Sequence record: PV740454.1
Strand: one strand, 5' to 3'
Length of the DNA: 64,000 nt
Of the stretch, positions 42,507 to 52,919 are shown piece by piece. Below the pieces are notes generated by a model, which ran no database searches, had not been told where the DNA came from, and saw only the letters and a list, made by a program, of their open reading frames with translations. The position numbers were made by a program, and so were the translations under genes. Each line of letters opens with the position of its first letter. Positions within the stretch are counted from its first letter, which is position 1.

Positions 42507-42562
42507 TGCGGAATTTTTCCGCCTCACCAACTTCAATCTCCGCTTCGCTCAGTTTCAAATAC

Positions 42563-42585
42563 AAAAAAAGCCCCGAAGGGGCTTT
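42563..42585 (-). terminator. Terminator after gene 3
   Basis: AAAGCCCC-TTCG-GGGCTTTTTTT. Confidence 0.85.
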
Positions 42586-43123
42586 AAAGACTGTCAGTAT
42601 AAGGTGAGATAGTAATCTCTTTCCCATCGACTTTATGAATCATTTCGAAGTAAGCATATTCGAACTCAACATCACAAGTTACAGTTTCAACATCACCAGA
42701 TTCAGTATAGTTCCATTCTATTGCACTTAGTGACTTTGGGAATGGGTTGATGAATCGATATGTTGCTATGACTTTATCTTTGTTGTTGTCTAATACATGC
42801 AATAGCATCGTTACTGGAACTTTACCATCACTGTTACTAGGTCCTGTTGGGTTATTCATGGTGATCATCCACTTGTATAACTCAGCATAGGTACGCATTT
42901 CTTCATCGACTAGAAATTGAATTGATAAGTCATCATAAGAAGTACCAGACCCTGCTATATTGTTGTTAGCTAGTTTTGAATACTTCGGTCCGCGACTAAC
43001 ACTTGCAACTTCCATGTTAACACCAGGAATAGTGGCAGTTTGTATCTGCCACTGAAATGTTTCTGTTGCACCATTATCTGGAATGTCGATTCGGAAATTA
43101 TTCTTCATCGTCAAGTTTTTCAT
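42584..43123 (-). CDS. 3: Tail tube terminator / tail completion protein gp3
   Basis: NFRIDIP, IPG, FLVDEEMRTY-x-ELYKWM, FP-x-SLS. Confidence 0.85.
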   Translation of the reverse strand: MKNLTMKNNFRIDIPDNGATETFQWQIQTATIPGVNMEVASVSRGPKYSKLANNNIAGSGTSYDDLSIQFLVDEEMRTYAELYKWMITMNNPTGPSNSDGKVPVTMLLHVLDNNKDKVIATYRFINPFPKSLSAIEWNYTESGDVETVTCDVEFEYAYFEMIHKVDGKEITISPYTDSL

Positions 43124-45084
43124 TAGTTAACATTCCCTCTTGTTGGGTTAGAGATCTTAGCTTGACCACCACTTGTAATAGGGTGAGAAAGATTCGTCGT
43201 GTTCTGAACGCTGTTAACAGCTTGATTAACGAAGTTTGTTCCCACTTCTCTAGTTTGCTGTGCTGCTCTAGCTGCTGCTTCACGAGCTGCAACTGCTTCT
43301 AGAATGACCGAACGCTTAATCTCTTGATACGGCTTGATAACACCTTCATCAAGCATACGCTTCATTTCAGCAGCGACGATTGCATCTTCTTGCATTTGCT
43401 TCTTCTCAACTTCTGCTGCTAAGAATGCGTCAAGAGATTCCGCAGATGATGCAAGTTGCTTAGCTGGATCTTTGATGCTTTCCATTACGCCTTTAGCACC
43501 GTCTACAACCGCTTGTGCGCTGTTCTTAGCGCCGTTGATGATAGCATCTTTAGCGTTGTTCAAATAATCCGTTTGGTAGCGTGCAGTGAGTCTAGCGTTA
43601 ACTTCTGCTTTGTCTGCTTCCAACTTATTGCGATCAGCAGATAGCTTATCTTTTCCAAGCATTTCAGGTCTATCAATTCCCGGTATCCAGTCGATGATAC
43701 TACCAGCAACTTCTTTGATGTTTAACATCATGTTTTCTATTGCTATCATAAGCAATCTAAACGAGTCGGGTATTGACAAGAAACTTGCGATTATTTGGTT
43801 GACAGCAGTTACATACATGTTGAACGCTTTCTCGACGAAAGAAGTCAGCTTCTGGAACCCAGAAACAACACCTTCGACTGCACCTTCTGGTACTGCATCG
43901 ACGATATTGTCACCTACTAATCCAAACCAGTCAGCAATTCCCTGAACCATATCGTTGAACCAGTTCGATACTATGCTGAATAGCATTTCTCGTTTATCTG
44001 AATCACTGAATATGCTTTTTAGTGACACGAATATTCTGTCAATCTCGTCTTCGAATACTTTGTAAATTGAGTAACCAGCTAGGATTGCAATTAATCCCGG
44101 GCCTGACAACATCATGCCTACCATTCGACCTAGACCTAAAAATGCTTGTCTAACAACAACCATCATCCATTTCTTGATCGTTCCGCTCATATCATCAGCT
44201 AATGATTGAATGACATTACCAGTACCTTTAGTAAATTTTCCGAATCCGAGTAGTATCATTGATGCGATACGACCTAGTTTCCCGAATTTACTAGCAGCAG
44301 CGGCAGCGGTTGCTAAGTTCCCAGCTAAACCGATAACTTGAGTACCTAAGAACGCAACTCCTACACCGAGAATTTGAAATAGTCTAGCAATCCATCCAAG
44401 TTTTTTGCCTGTAAGATGTATTGCGATTTTCTTCAAATCACTTGCTTGGTTTCGCTGAACTTTCATGTTCTCTTTGTAACGATGGAGTTCAGTTTTGCGA
44501 TTTCTCGACTCGGTCATTACTTGATACGCGAATATCTTCTTGTATAACGCACTGATAAAGCCCACAGTCAACGGAGCGTTGTTACCCGCACCATTCTGTA
44601 GAAAACTATTCAAATCGTCAGCAGCCGTCTTCTGAAGCCCGATGACGCGCTTCATGTCATTGACTCTGAAGATCAATCTTTCAAACCAACGAGTAAACCC
44701 CTCCTGTAAACGAGCAAATTGCATTTTAGCTGTAAGTTGAAGTTGTTGAATTCCGTTATTGATTCGAGAAAGATGACCCTTGAAGTCCAGAGTTGATTTG
44801 ATGATATCGGTTAACGATAAGATCGCAGCGCGAACTTTATTGGATGATTGCTCGAAGTTTTCAACGACACGTTGAAACAACCCTTTTTGCTGTGTAACTG
44901 CTTTTTCATTTGTTTTGAAAACCGATTCCATTGTCTTCATCATGGACGTCGTAGTCACATCAATATTACTAATATGACGTGCTACACGTTGCATGGTATA
45001 GACTTCTGGTCGGTCTTCTTGTTGTAAAATGATGAGATCTAATCTTCCGATTATCTCATTCATCTTTTTTTCGTCAGCCGCCAT
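43123..45084 (-). CDS. 29: Baseplate hub / tape-measure protein (gp29-like)
   Basis: 653 aa helical protein with central G/A-rich hydrophobic stretches; next to gp51/gp26. Confidence 0.65.
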   Translation of the reverse strand: MAADEKKMNEIIGRLDLIILQQEDRPEVYTMQRVARHISNIDVTTTSMMKTMESVFKTNEKAVTQQKGLFQRVVENFEQSSNKVRAAILSLTDIIKSTLDFKGHLSRINNGIQQLQLTAKMQFARLQEGFTRWFERLIFRVNDMKRVIGLQKTAADDLNSFLQNGAGNNAPLTVGFISALYKKIFAYQVMTESRNRKTELHRYKENMKVQRNQASDLKKIAIHLTGKKLGWIARLFQILGVGVAFLGTQVIGLAGNLATAAAAASKFGKLGRIASMILLGFGKFTKGTGNVIQSLADDMSGTIKKWMMVVVRQAFLGLGRMVGMMLSGPGLIAILAGYSIYKVFEDEIDRIFVSLKSIFSDSDKREMLFSIVSNWFNDMVQGIADWFGLVGDNIVDAVPEGAVEGVVSGFQKLTSFVEKAFNMYVTAVNQIIASFLSIPDSFRLLMIAIENMMLNIKEVAGSIIDWIPGIDRPEMLGKDKLSADRNKLEADKAEVNARLTARYQTDYLNNAKDAIINGAKNSAQAVVDGAKGVMESIKDPAKQLASSAESLDAFLAAEVEKKQMQEDAIVAAEMKRMLDEGVIKPYQEIKRSVILEAVAAREAAARAAQQTREVGTNFVNQAVNSVQNTTNLSHPITSGGQAKISNPTRGNVN

Positions 45085-45305
45085 TATTGCTGTTCCTTAC
45101 TCTTTTCTTGAATGTGGTGAATAAGCTGTGCGGCATAGATTTCACGCTCGAATAGAACCATAGTTTCTAGATCGTGAAGAGAAAAATTGCCATGAGTGAT
45201 CATGGCAAAGTTTTCTTTGTAATACTCTTCAAGTGAGTATCTACCGAGCATTATACGAAAAAATCTTCTATGCCTTGTAGTGTTACTTTTTCGTGATTCC
45301 CGCAC
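45084..45305 (-). CDS. 51: Baseplate hub assembly protein gp51-like
   Basis: YYKENF-x-M...FSL-x-DLE-x-M-x2-FEREIY. Confidence 0.8.
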   Translation of the reverse strand: MRESRKSNTTRHRRFFRIMLGRYSLEEYYKENFAMITHGNFSLHDLETMVLFEREIYAAQLIHHIQEKSKEQQ

Positions 45306-46099
45306 TTAGGACATGTTACGTCAATGTGAGTTGTCACACGCGGCACTGAGTCTACAAATGACTGAACTTTCTTGAACGCTGCTGTATCAAGTTCGCCCAT
45401 GATGTCAACAAGTTTTTCTTGTGCTGCTAATTCTTCTTTCGTGTATACAGTATCACCGACATGAACTTCGTGGATCGATTCAACTGCGATATTAAACAAC
45501 CCTTGTGGTGTATTTGGATCGTTGTTCTCGTACACTCGAATACCTGGGTGTTTTAAAATAATTGCGACGTTTTTGTTTACTTTGACGAGATTTTCGCCAT
45601 TAAACTCTGGGACGAATGCTGCATTCAAGTCAATAAATGCAGTGATTTTCTCACCGCACAGATGTTTATCTGGTGCAAGGACTTTTTCAATCGCCTCTTC
45701 ATCTGATTGTTGCATAATCTCAGCAAACAAATCATCAGCAGTTTTTTCTAGTTCAGCTTCTTCCTCTTCAGAAAGTGCTTGCAACTCTTCTTCTGGTTTG
45801 TCAGCACAGCAGTTGTACTCTGCTTTGATTTCTGACACGCCATTACTATTCATATACATGTGGATGAACAGATATTCAGCGTCCCCAACTGACAAATCTT
45901 CCATTTTAATGTCTGAAACGATACAGTTTTCTAGGCATTGCTCAATCGCATCAACTTTAGCGTCGGATTCGTTTGCTATGAGTAGTGCTTTATGCTCTTT
46001 CGCAAGCATTGCACGCAGCTTCACTTCTTCGCCTGTTGATGGTAGTGTTACAGTATATTGTGGCGCAGCGAGTACGCTAATATCAAATGCTTTAGTCAT
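45251..46099 (-). CDS. 26: Baseplate hub subunit gp26
   Basis: LPSTGE-x-V-x-LR...KE-x-K-x-LL, D-x-EYLF, C-terminal CPKCG...LQGIEDFF. Confidence 0.88.
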   Translation of the reverse strand: MTKAFDISVLAAPQYTVTLPSTGEEVKLRAMLAKEHKALLIANESDAKVDAIEQCLENCIVSDIKMEDLSVGDAEYLFIHMYMNSNGVSEIKAEYNCCADKPEEELQALSEEEEAELEKTADDLFAEIMQQSDEEAIEKVLAPDKHLCGEKITAFIDLNAAFVPEFNGENLVKVNKNVAIILKHPGIRVYENNDPNTPQGLFNIAVESIHEVHVGDTVYTKEELAAQEKLVDIMGELDTAAFKKVQSFVDSVPRVTTHIDVTCPKCGNHEKVTLQGIEDFFV

Positions 46100-46108
46100 G
46101 ATGTTACC

Positions 46109-46855
46109 TTAAAATAAATTTGAGAATGTTTCAGATGCAGTATTGTAAATGCTGTTGTAAGTCTTCTCGAAATTCTGAGTTATGTTAAGTGAATCTGCGA
46201 TTGTGTTTGACAAATCTTCACTCATATATGTTGCACTTTCGTAAACGAATTCAACTTCAAATTCAGCTACCGCGTTGTTATTTTCATAACCAAGTTGGAC
46301 ACCACCTACACGAATAGGGAAAGCGTTTTTCAAACTGGTCATGGTTGCCATATTTGAGTTGCGGTCGTACGTGTAGATCTCGATTGTTCTTGCATAGTTT
46401 GCAAAGAATCCGACTTGTGCAGAGTCATTCGAATAGATCTGTTTAAACCACCCCATAAGCATCTTTCTTTCTGGGTGTGACGGCGACAAGTACAGCGACA
46501 TCGTAACCGTCTCGTCTGTTTTTGCCTTTACTACGTGATGTGGGCGACGGCGCGTTTTGTCAACGTCAGTTTCGTATGATGAACCTGGTAAATTGACTGA
46601 CTTAACCATCATTCCAATGTTTCGTTCAAGCTCAAACCCAGTACCAAATAATGCCGCTGTTGATGCGAGTGCATCTTTAACTCCGATACCTTTTATCACG
46701 TCGATATCAGAGTTTAAAAACGATTCACCCGTGTTCATTATCTGTTTTGCTGTATCTTGCAGCGATGCAAATCGCACCGCATACAAGTTCTGTCTTGCTA
46801 AGTCGTTCTTAGACACATGAGATAAGAACTTCTTAACATCTATACCGATTGCCAT
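46109..46855 (-). CDS. 54: Tail tube initiator gp54-like
   Basis: DLARQNLYAV, SVNLPG, AFPIRVGGVQLGY. Confidence 0.75.
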   Translation of the reverse strand: MAIGIDVKKFLSHVSKNDLARQNLYAVRFASLQDTAKQIMNTGESFLNSDIDVIKGIGVKDALASTAALFGTGFELERNIGMMVKSVNLPGSSYETDVDKTRRRPHHVVKAKTDETVTMSLYLSPSHPERKMLMGWFKQIYSNDSAQVGFFANYARTIEIYTYDRNSNMATMTSLKNAFPIRVGGVQLGYENNNAVAEFEVEFVYESATYMSEDLSNTIADSLNITQNFEKTYNSIYNTASETFSNLF

Positions 46856-46858
46856 TCG

Positions 46859-47455
46859 TTATCTCCTTCTATAACGATCATCGTAAGCACGAACAGCAGA
46901 AATGTTACGACCATTTTTAGCAACGAATTGTTGCAACGGCATGTGAATAACATTGTACCAGTCATGTGGCTTCACTTCTTCAAGAGACCCTTTGATCCTC
47001 TTCATGATGTAAAGCTTCACCATGTGCTTACTAAACTTAATGTTCTTAACTCGACCCCAATCTATAACCAATCGAGTAGAGTTTGAAACTGTTTTTGTGT
47101 TTGCATAACGAAGTAGTGTAGTCAAGAACTTTTCACGTTCTTTTGGTGGGATATAATGCAAGTTAAGACCTAGCATATAACCTTTCTGTTGACCAAGACA
47201 AAGAATACATGGGAATTTATCCCAGTATGGTAGTTTATCTTTAGTTTTTGCGTCGTATGCAAATACGTACATGTTTCCCTTGTACGGCACTTGCACTTTT
47301 CTGCTTCGTATAGCGTCGTGTACTTTCTTTTTGAACCAAGCAAACGATTTGCGTTGATTTTTTGCTATCGGTTGACGACCAAGCTCGTGAGTTTGAGCTT
47401 TGAAGCTGTCAAGAAGACTCTCTTTCTTCTTCTTTGCGCGTTCTGTTCTAGCCAT
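46859..47455 (-). CDS. 2: DNA end protector protein gp2
   Basis: Y-x-YDAKTKD-x-LPYWDKFP, GLNLHY-x-PP. Confidence 0.92.
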   Translation of the reverse strand: MARTERAKKKKESLLDSFKAQTHELGRQPIAKNQRKSFAWFKKKVHDAIRSRKVQVPYKGNMYVFAYDAKTKDKLPYWDKFPCILCLGQQKGYMLGLNLHYIPPKEREKFLTTLLRYANTKTVSNSTRLVIDWGRVKNIKFSKHMVKLYIMKRIKGSLEEVKPHDWYNVIHMPLQQFVAKNGRNISAVRAYDDRYRRR

Positions 47456-47910
47456 TACACTCTCAGTCCTATTAGTTTTCTCAACCCATGCTCAGTAAGC
47501 ACGCGAAAAATCCAACCCTTTTGTTTAGCGAATTTAATCGCTGCTTCCCACTTGTCTTGATTTACTTGGAATGTGTAAACTTCTTTGAGTAGACGTTTCT
47601 TAGCCTTCTCAGTGAGACGTTGTGGTTTTTCGGGTGGCATTGTTTCTTTATGAGGTTTTATCTCGAATATGAACTTTCTACCGTCATCAAACTCGACGTA
47701 AAAGTCCATAAAATATCTACGTTTTTTACCGCCATCCGCAGAGCTAACATACGGTATGACTATTTCTTCTGAGTTCCAACGAACAACGTGCGTGTTGTTA
47801 TCACACCAGCGCATAAAAGACAATTCCCACGAGCTTCGATACTCGATTTTCTGATAATTGCCTTTGTACTTTGACTTGTTCGACGGTACAAATTTTCCAG
47901 AGTATGCCAT
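47455..47910 (-). CDS. 4: Head completion nuclease gp4
   Basis: MAYSGKF-x-P-x-N-x2-KY-x-G, YRSSWE, RRYFMDF, EIKP. Confidence 0.95.
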   Translation of the reverse strand: MAYSGKFVPSNKSKYKGNYQKIEYRSSWELSFMRWCDNNTHVVRWNSEEIVIPYVSSADGGKKRRYFMDFYVEFDDGRKFIFEIKPHKETMPPEKPQRLTEKAKKRLLKEVYTFQVNQDKWEAAIKFAKQKGWIFRVLTEHGLRKLIGLRV

Positions 47911-47979
47911 ATTTACGCCTCCTTTCTATTATTTAGTTCTTCTCTAAATACAGATATAGATTTATACGGAGACGATAAA

Positions 47980-49137
47980 ATGGGATTACTAGATGGGCTA
48001 TTTAGCCCAATTAGCGCAAAGACTAGAGAGGGACTAAACCGAATTGAGACTGTTGGTGGTGTTGATAGCACAACAACTGAGGAAGTGACTTCTGAGACAG
48101 ACCAAGGTCGAGTAAGTCAATCTGGATCCGTTGCGCACACTTACCCGTCTAACTTAGGCGCTAGATCGGGACACCCGAACTTTTTCATATTCCGCGCTTA
48201 TGATATGGCTAGTATTACAAAACAGCACTACACGACTATGAGACAGTCATTCAGCTCACGCACACAAGACGATGAGCAAGGTGCTGCTATTAGCGGTACA
48301 TTAATGGCTACTCTTGCGCTGTATGCTCCTAACTTGGTCGAAGAGGTTTCACATGAGTTTGACAAGACGACGACATCAGTTCTGAAAGACTTCTTGGCAG
48401 ATGCCGCAGACATTCGCGGTGCTGATTCAGCAGGAGAAGCATATGATGCGGGTAAACGAGCCGCAACGACTGCTGCTGGTGCAGCTATTGCTCAGATTCA
48501 GCGTTCATTCATTCAGTCAAATGCCGCTGCTGCGCTTGAGCGTGGTGGTCAAGTAGTAACTGATAACGTTTCAGTGACTGCATACAAGGGAACCTCTCAA
48601 AGAACGCAAACAATGATGTATCAGTTCCATCCAAAATCACTTGAAGAGTTGAAAGAAGTTGCTGGTGTGATCAAGACGTTTTATCGTCTATCTCTACCGG
48701 TAAAAGGCAAATTTGATTCAGAACTGATTAAAGCGGGTACGGAAGTTTTCGGTAGCGGCTTTGCAGCAGGCGCTAGTAAATTTGCGACTGTATTAAAAGC
48801 ACCTCCAGTATGGATGATTGAAGAAGTATCAGACACTGATGCTGATAGATACACACCAAGATTTGTATTCGGTCCTGCTGGTATCACATCAGTTAAATTA
48901 AACAGAACACCAGATCAATACTGGAGAACATTCAGAGGTACAGCGGGTGACCCTGCTGGTATTGAACTTGAAGTTACATTCACTGAATTGATCTCACTAG
49001 ACCGCGCTCTATACGATAACGACATTGCTTCGTCATCACGTGGGTATGATAAGGGATATGAGACTCAGAATGGAACAAATACAAACTCTGGTTCGTTCTT
49101 TGGTGATATTACTGGTACAATTAGCGGGTTATTCTAA
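47980..49137 (+). CDS. 48: Baseplate tail tube cap gp48-like
   Basis: C-terminal R-x-Q...F-x-PKS-x2-E...FGPAGITSV...LEVTFTEL; divergent late promoters at about 47929 and 47944. Confidence 0.7.
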   Translation: MGLLDGLFSPISAKTREGLNRIETVGGVDSTTTEEVTSETDQGRVSQSGSVAHTYPSNLGARSGHPNFFIFRAYDMASITKQHYTTMRQSFSSRTQDDEQGAAISGTLMATLALYAPNLVEEVSHEFDKTTTSVLKDFLADAADIRGADSAGEAYDAGKRAATTAAGAAIAQIQRSFIQSNAAAALERGGQVVTDNVSVTAYKGTSQRTQTMMYQFHPKSLEELKEVAGVIKTFYRLSLPVKGKFDSELIKAGTEVFGSGFAAGASKFATVLKAPPVWMIEEVSDTDADRYTPRFVFGPAGITSVKLNRTPDQYWRTFRGTAGDPAGIELEVTFTELISLDRALYDNDIASSSRGYDKGYETQNGTNTNSGSFFGDITGTISGLF

Positions 49138-49715
49138 TGATTTTTTCAATATTTGACAAGACTGAGTATCTTGGGTTGAATACTGCTGATATTTTCAAGA
49201 ACTTGAATTACTATCATAAGCAAATCATACCAGGATACACGACAATACAATATAAAATTAGGGGCGATTATCGCCCTGAACAAATTGCATACGAGTTATA
49301 CGGCGACACGTCTCTTTACTGGCTGATTATGCTTCTTAATAGAAGAGTTGACCCGTATTACGATTGGATTCAACCAAACGAAACTGTATCTGAAAATTCA
49401 ATATATCGCTATCAATATGTTGGTGGTAATGAGCAAGTTCATCATTACGTCGATGAGGGCGGTCGTTGGTGGTTCGATATGATAGAAGATCCAGAAAACC
49501 CACGAAATTGGTATAATAAATTCGACTGGGAAAATAATGCGCCTGAAGAAGGGCAGGAAGATTATAGGGAAATTCTATATCACGGTGTTATGATACCAGT
49601 TTCGATTGATGAACATGAGTTTAATAAAAATGAAGAACTGCGAGTTATTGACGTACTTTCGAGTGATGATGTCAGCACATATATAAACTCGTTTTTGAGA
49701 TTAGCAGGGGTATAA
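49137..49715 (+). CDS. 53: Baseplate wedge subunit gp53
   Basis: RPEQIAYELYGD-x2-LYWLI...DPYYDW...VHHYVD. Confidence 0.92.
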   Translation: MIFSIFDKTEYLGLNTADIFKNLNYYHKQIIPGYTTIQYKIRGDYRPEQIAYELYGDTSLYWLIMLLNRRVDPYYDWIQPNETVSENSIYRYQYVGGNEQVHHYVDEGGRWWFDMIEDPENPRNWYNKFDWENNAPEEGQEDYREILYHGVMIPVSIDEHEFNKNEELRVIDVLSSDDVSTYINSFLRLAGV

Positions 49716-49716
49716 A

Positions 49717-50988
49717 ATGTTTGAAATGCGCTCAGCTAACCCAGTTGAAAACTTTGTGGTTAGCAAAATTCGTGTGAGAGGATTGAATTTCTCAGCATCT
49801 GTTGAGAATGAAATAACGCATCTTGAAGTGTATGAATCGCTTGATGGATTAATATCAGGCGTATTTATGTTCAAGGACTCTATTGGTGTTGTTGATACTC
49901 TTAGAATTTCTGGCTTTGAGGCAGTCGATCTTGAATTTGCGTCATACGTCGGTGCGAGGGCGCATAAAGTATACCAGAGATCATTTCGTGTAACTGGTAT
50001 ATCACGAATGCCGTCGAGAACTGGTGGGTTCGAATCTACCATTATTCGTTTCACCAATAACTTGATTACTCTGAACGATTATGTTAAACGCCCTTATGTA
50101 TTCAAGAAGACAAGTATTTCTAATATTATAAAGACGATATTGGATGGTCTTGGTGATGAAGCACCGCAATACGAACTCGAATCGTCGCTTTATCAGAGAG
50201 ATTTTGTGACTGGAATTGCTAGACCTTATAACGTGATCAGAAGTGTTGTTGATTACGCAAGTACTGACGTGAACAACAGTTGCAAATTCTTCTTTTATGA
50301 AGATCGCGATTCTATCAAGTTTGCATCACTTGGTACTATACGCAATAAAGATTACGAATTTATTATTCGTAAAGGTGCTGATACTGGTGATGTCAAATGG
50401 ACATCAGGAGACACGAATGTAATAACTGCATTGCGAGTTGTTGTGAAAGAACAGTCTAACATGCATGAGATTTCTAGTGGATTATTCGGCTCAAGAACAT
50501 ATTCGCATAGTTTAGTTCGTAAAAAATTGACGACGAAGGATGTGCGTCGAAACGACTATATTCAGCAAGTTGGCATATTGAACGACGTTGCTCATATGTA
50601 CACGACTGACGATGAATTTCCTAGTGAAGTTGAAGAGACATTGCAGCCTCTAAACAGCATTCAGCTTGTGTCTAACGATGGGTTTTATTCAAACGATAAT
50701 AAGCACACGCTTGGGTCTATTCATGGTGTGTCGCTTATGGAAGAGACGTATCTAAACGCGAAACAAATACTTGTTGAGATACCCGGGAATACGAACATTA
50801 CTGTTGGTGATGTCGTGTTCTTAGATTATCACTCAGTGACTGGTGACAATCACTCTAGTTTAGATGCATCAGGTCGTTGGATTGTACACGAATTGAAGCA
50901 CAGAGTCGAGCCAAATTCATTCATCACGACACTTGAGTTGTCATCTGATTCATCAGTAAATACGGCAGTATCTGGGAGCGAAAAATAA
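49717..50988 (+). CDS. 27: Baseplate hub subunit gp27
   Basis: 423 aa; FFFYEDR, PGNTNITVGDV; position before gp5. Confidence 0.75.
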   Translation: MFEMRSANPVENFVVSKIRVRGLNFSASVENEITHLEVYESLDGLISGVFMFKDSIGVVDTLRISGFEAVDLEFASYVGARAHKVYQRSFRVTGISRMPSRTGGFESTIIRFTNNLITLNDYVKRPYVFKKTSISNIIKTILDGLGDEAPQYELESSLYQRDFVTGIARPYNVIRSVVDYASTDVNNSCKFFFYEDRDSIKFASLGTIRNKDYEFIIRKGADTGDVKWTSGDTNVITALRVVVKEQSNMHEISSGLFGSRTYSHSLVRKKLTTKDVRRNDYIQQVGILNDVAHMYTTDDEFPSEVEETLQPLNSIQLVSNDGFYSNDNKHTLGSIHGVSLMEETYLNAKQILVEIPGNTNITVGDVVFLDYHSVTGDNHSSLDASGRWIVHELKHRVEPNSFITTLELSSDSSVNTAVSGSEK

Positions 50989-52133
50989 TGTTTATGGGAT
51001 TAGAAGGGTTTGAATGGTGGACTGGTGTTGTCGAAGATCGCACATCGGACCCTCTCAAGCTCGGTAGAATTAAAGTTAGGATGATTGGATTGCACCCTGA
51101 GAAGAAAAGCTCAGAGCAAGGTATTAGAACTGAAGAGTTGCTATGGGTTCACCCTATGCAATCGATTGATAACGCTGCAATGAATGGTATCGGCAAGACA
51201 TCACTCGGCGTTGTTGAAGGGACATGGGTTTTTGGTTTTTTCAGAGATAAATTACGTCAAGATGCAGTCGCAATGGGAGTGTTCCCTGGCATACCAGAAG
51301 ACATCCCAAATGGAAGCAACGGGTTTAATGACCCAAATGAGAAATACCCGCTTGCAGACAAATTGAATGAGCCCGATACAAACCGCCTAGCTCGTAACGA
51401 TGTCGATCCAGATGCGTATGACGAATCGCAATCGCAATCGAATTTCGACAGTGGTGAAGCAGAATACGTCTACAGACCACATCCTGTTATCGCTAGTAAG
51501 CGTTCGATGGAAGAAAAAGGCATTACAACTGCGGGGTATAACGCTTCTGGTCAGACGTACGATGAACCCGCAACACCGTACGCAGCTCAATATCCATTTA
51601 ATCACGTTCATGAATCTGAGTCTGGTCACATCCATGAAATTGATGACACTGAAGGCGCAGAGCGTCTACACACGTATCATAGAACAGGTACATTTGAAGA
51701 GATACATCCAGATGGTAGTCGTGTTACTAAAATCGTAGGTGATGACTTTGAGATAATCCACAGCAATAAGAATGTGCTAATAAAAGGGAATCTTAACATT
51801 ACTGTTGATGGTGACGCGACATTTTACTGCAAACAGAATGTAACTCAGCAGATTGATGGTGACTTGAAGCAACACATTAAGGGTAACGTAGATCAGCACG
51901 TTGAAATGAATGTAACTCAAACAGTTGGTGGTAATGTCCAGAGCAATGTATCAGGTGATTACACTCAACATGTTAGTGGGAATTACACTATTACAGTTGG
52001 TGGTTCTATGTCTGAGAGTGTCAGTTCGTCATATACTCGCTCGGCATCATCAATTAGTGATAACGGTGGTGGCGCGACGTTAGACTTAGCTGGATCTGCG
52101 TCATTAGACGGTACGACAGTGAATCTAGGGTGA
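50988..52133 (+). CDS. 5: Baseplate central spike gp5 without lysozyme domain
   Basis: OB fold (WWTGVVEDR-x-SDPLKLGRIKVR); ESGHIHEIDDT-x-GAER; V-x-G-N beta-helix repeats. Confidence 0.93.
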   Translation: MFMGLEGFEWWTGVVEDRTSDPLKLGRIKVRMIGLHPEKKSSEQGIRTEELLWVHPMQSIDNAAMNGIGKTSLGVVEGTWVFGFFRDKLRQDAVAMGVFPGIPEDIPNGSNGFNDPNEKYPLADKLNEPDTNRLARNDVDPDAYDESQSQSNFDSGEAEYVYRPHPVIASKRSMEEKGITTAGYNASGQTYDEPATPYAAQYPFNHVHESESGHIHEIDDTEGAERLHTYHRTGTFEEIHPDGSRVTKIVGDDFEIIHSNKNVLIKGNLNITVDGDATFYCKQNVTQQIDGDLKQHIKGNVDQHVEMNVTQTVGGNVQSNVSGDYTQHVSGNYTITVGGSMSESVSSSYTRSASSISDNGGGATLDLAGSASLDGTTVNLG

Positions 52134-52137
52134 TTAA

Positions 52138-52623
52138 ATGGCTAGCATATTACCATTAACACTAGCAACAATCGCAGAAGGAGAGAACGTCGATGTGACG
52201 TTCTCTGCTGTCTTAGAGGTAGGCGAAACGCTAGTTGACATCAACATAACAGATCATCGAGCTAATACGGGTATAACCGTTACTGGCGCTAGATATCACG
52301 GGCAATATCAAGACTCATTTGATCTAGGACCGAGTGGGTTGAAATATCGAGATACGCGAGATAATACGTATCACACTGTTAGTAAGTTCAGTGATCTACC
52401 TTCAAATCCAGCTCACGGTCACGTATACAGATTTGAAGCACCAAGCCCGTTATCTACTGATTATTTTTATGAAGTGACTGTGAATTACACATACGAAGAC
52501 CCACTTTTGCCAGGAATTGTCGATGAACTTCAGATAGTTCAAACGTTCACGCAGACTGTGAAAGGTAAGTGGGATAATTGGGCTACACAACTTAGAAATT
52601 ATATTGCAGCAGGGAGTACATAA
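52138..52623 (+). CDS. gp5.1-like protein
   Basis: Between gp5 and PAAR; C-terminal W-x-NWA-x-QLR-x-YI. Confidence 0.7.
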   Translation: MASILPLTLATIAEGENVDVTFSAVLEVGETLVDINITDHRANTGITVTGARYHGQYQDSFDLGPSGLKYRDTRDNTYHTVSKFSDLPSNPAHGHVYRFEAPSPLSTDYFYEVTVNYTYEDPLLPGIVDELQIVQTFTQTVKGKWDNWATQLRNYIAAGST

Positions 52624-52919
52624 TGCCAGCATTAGCAGGAGCAAACGAGCCAACAACAGGGCATGAAACATATCCACCAACTGAAGTCACTGGTGGTAGT
52701 TCTAAAGTGTTTGTACAAGGTAAGCAAGCGTTATCGAAAGATAATCTAGTGCATATCACACACTGTAACACGGTAGAACCACATGATTGTCATGCAGGTA
52801 GCGCAGCGACGTATAGTCCGAAAGTGTTCATAGAAGGGAGCAATGCAATCCGCATCGGCGACACATTAACGTGCGGCGACACGGTTGCAGGTGGTTCAGG
52901 GAAGGTATCTAGTTCGTAG
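52623..52919 (+). CDS. 5.4: PAAR spike tip (gp5.4)
   Basis: TGH-x2-YPP, S-x-KVF-x-EG, RIGD-x-L-x-CGD. Confidence 0.92.
   Translation: MPALAGANEPTTGHETYPPTEVTGGSSKVFVQGKQALSKDNLVHITHCNTVEPHDCHAGSAATYSPKVFIEGSNAIRIGDTLTCGDTVAGGSGKVSSS

Noticed and set aside
42424-42627. Protein-coding ORF in the gene 1-gene 3 gap
   Set aside because: It starts inside gene 3, crosses a strong terminator, and has no RBS; the periodicity is better treated as a DNA feature.
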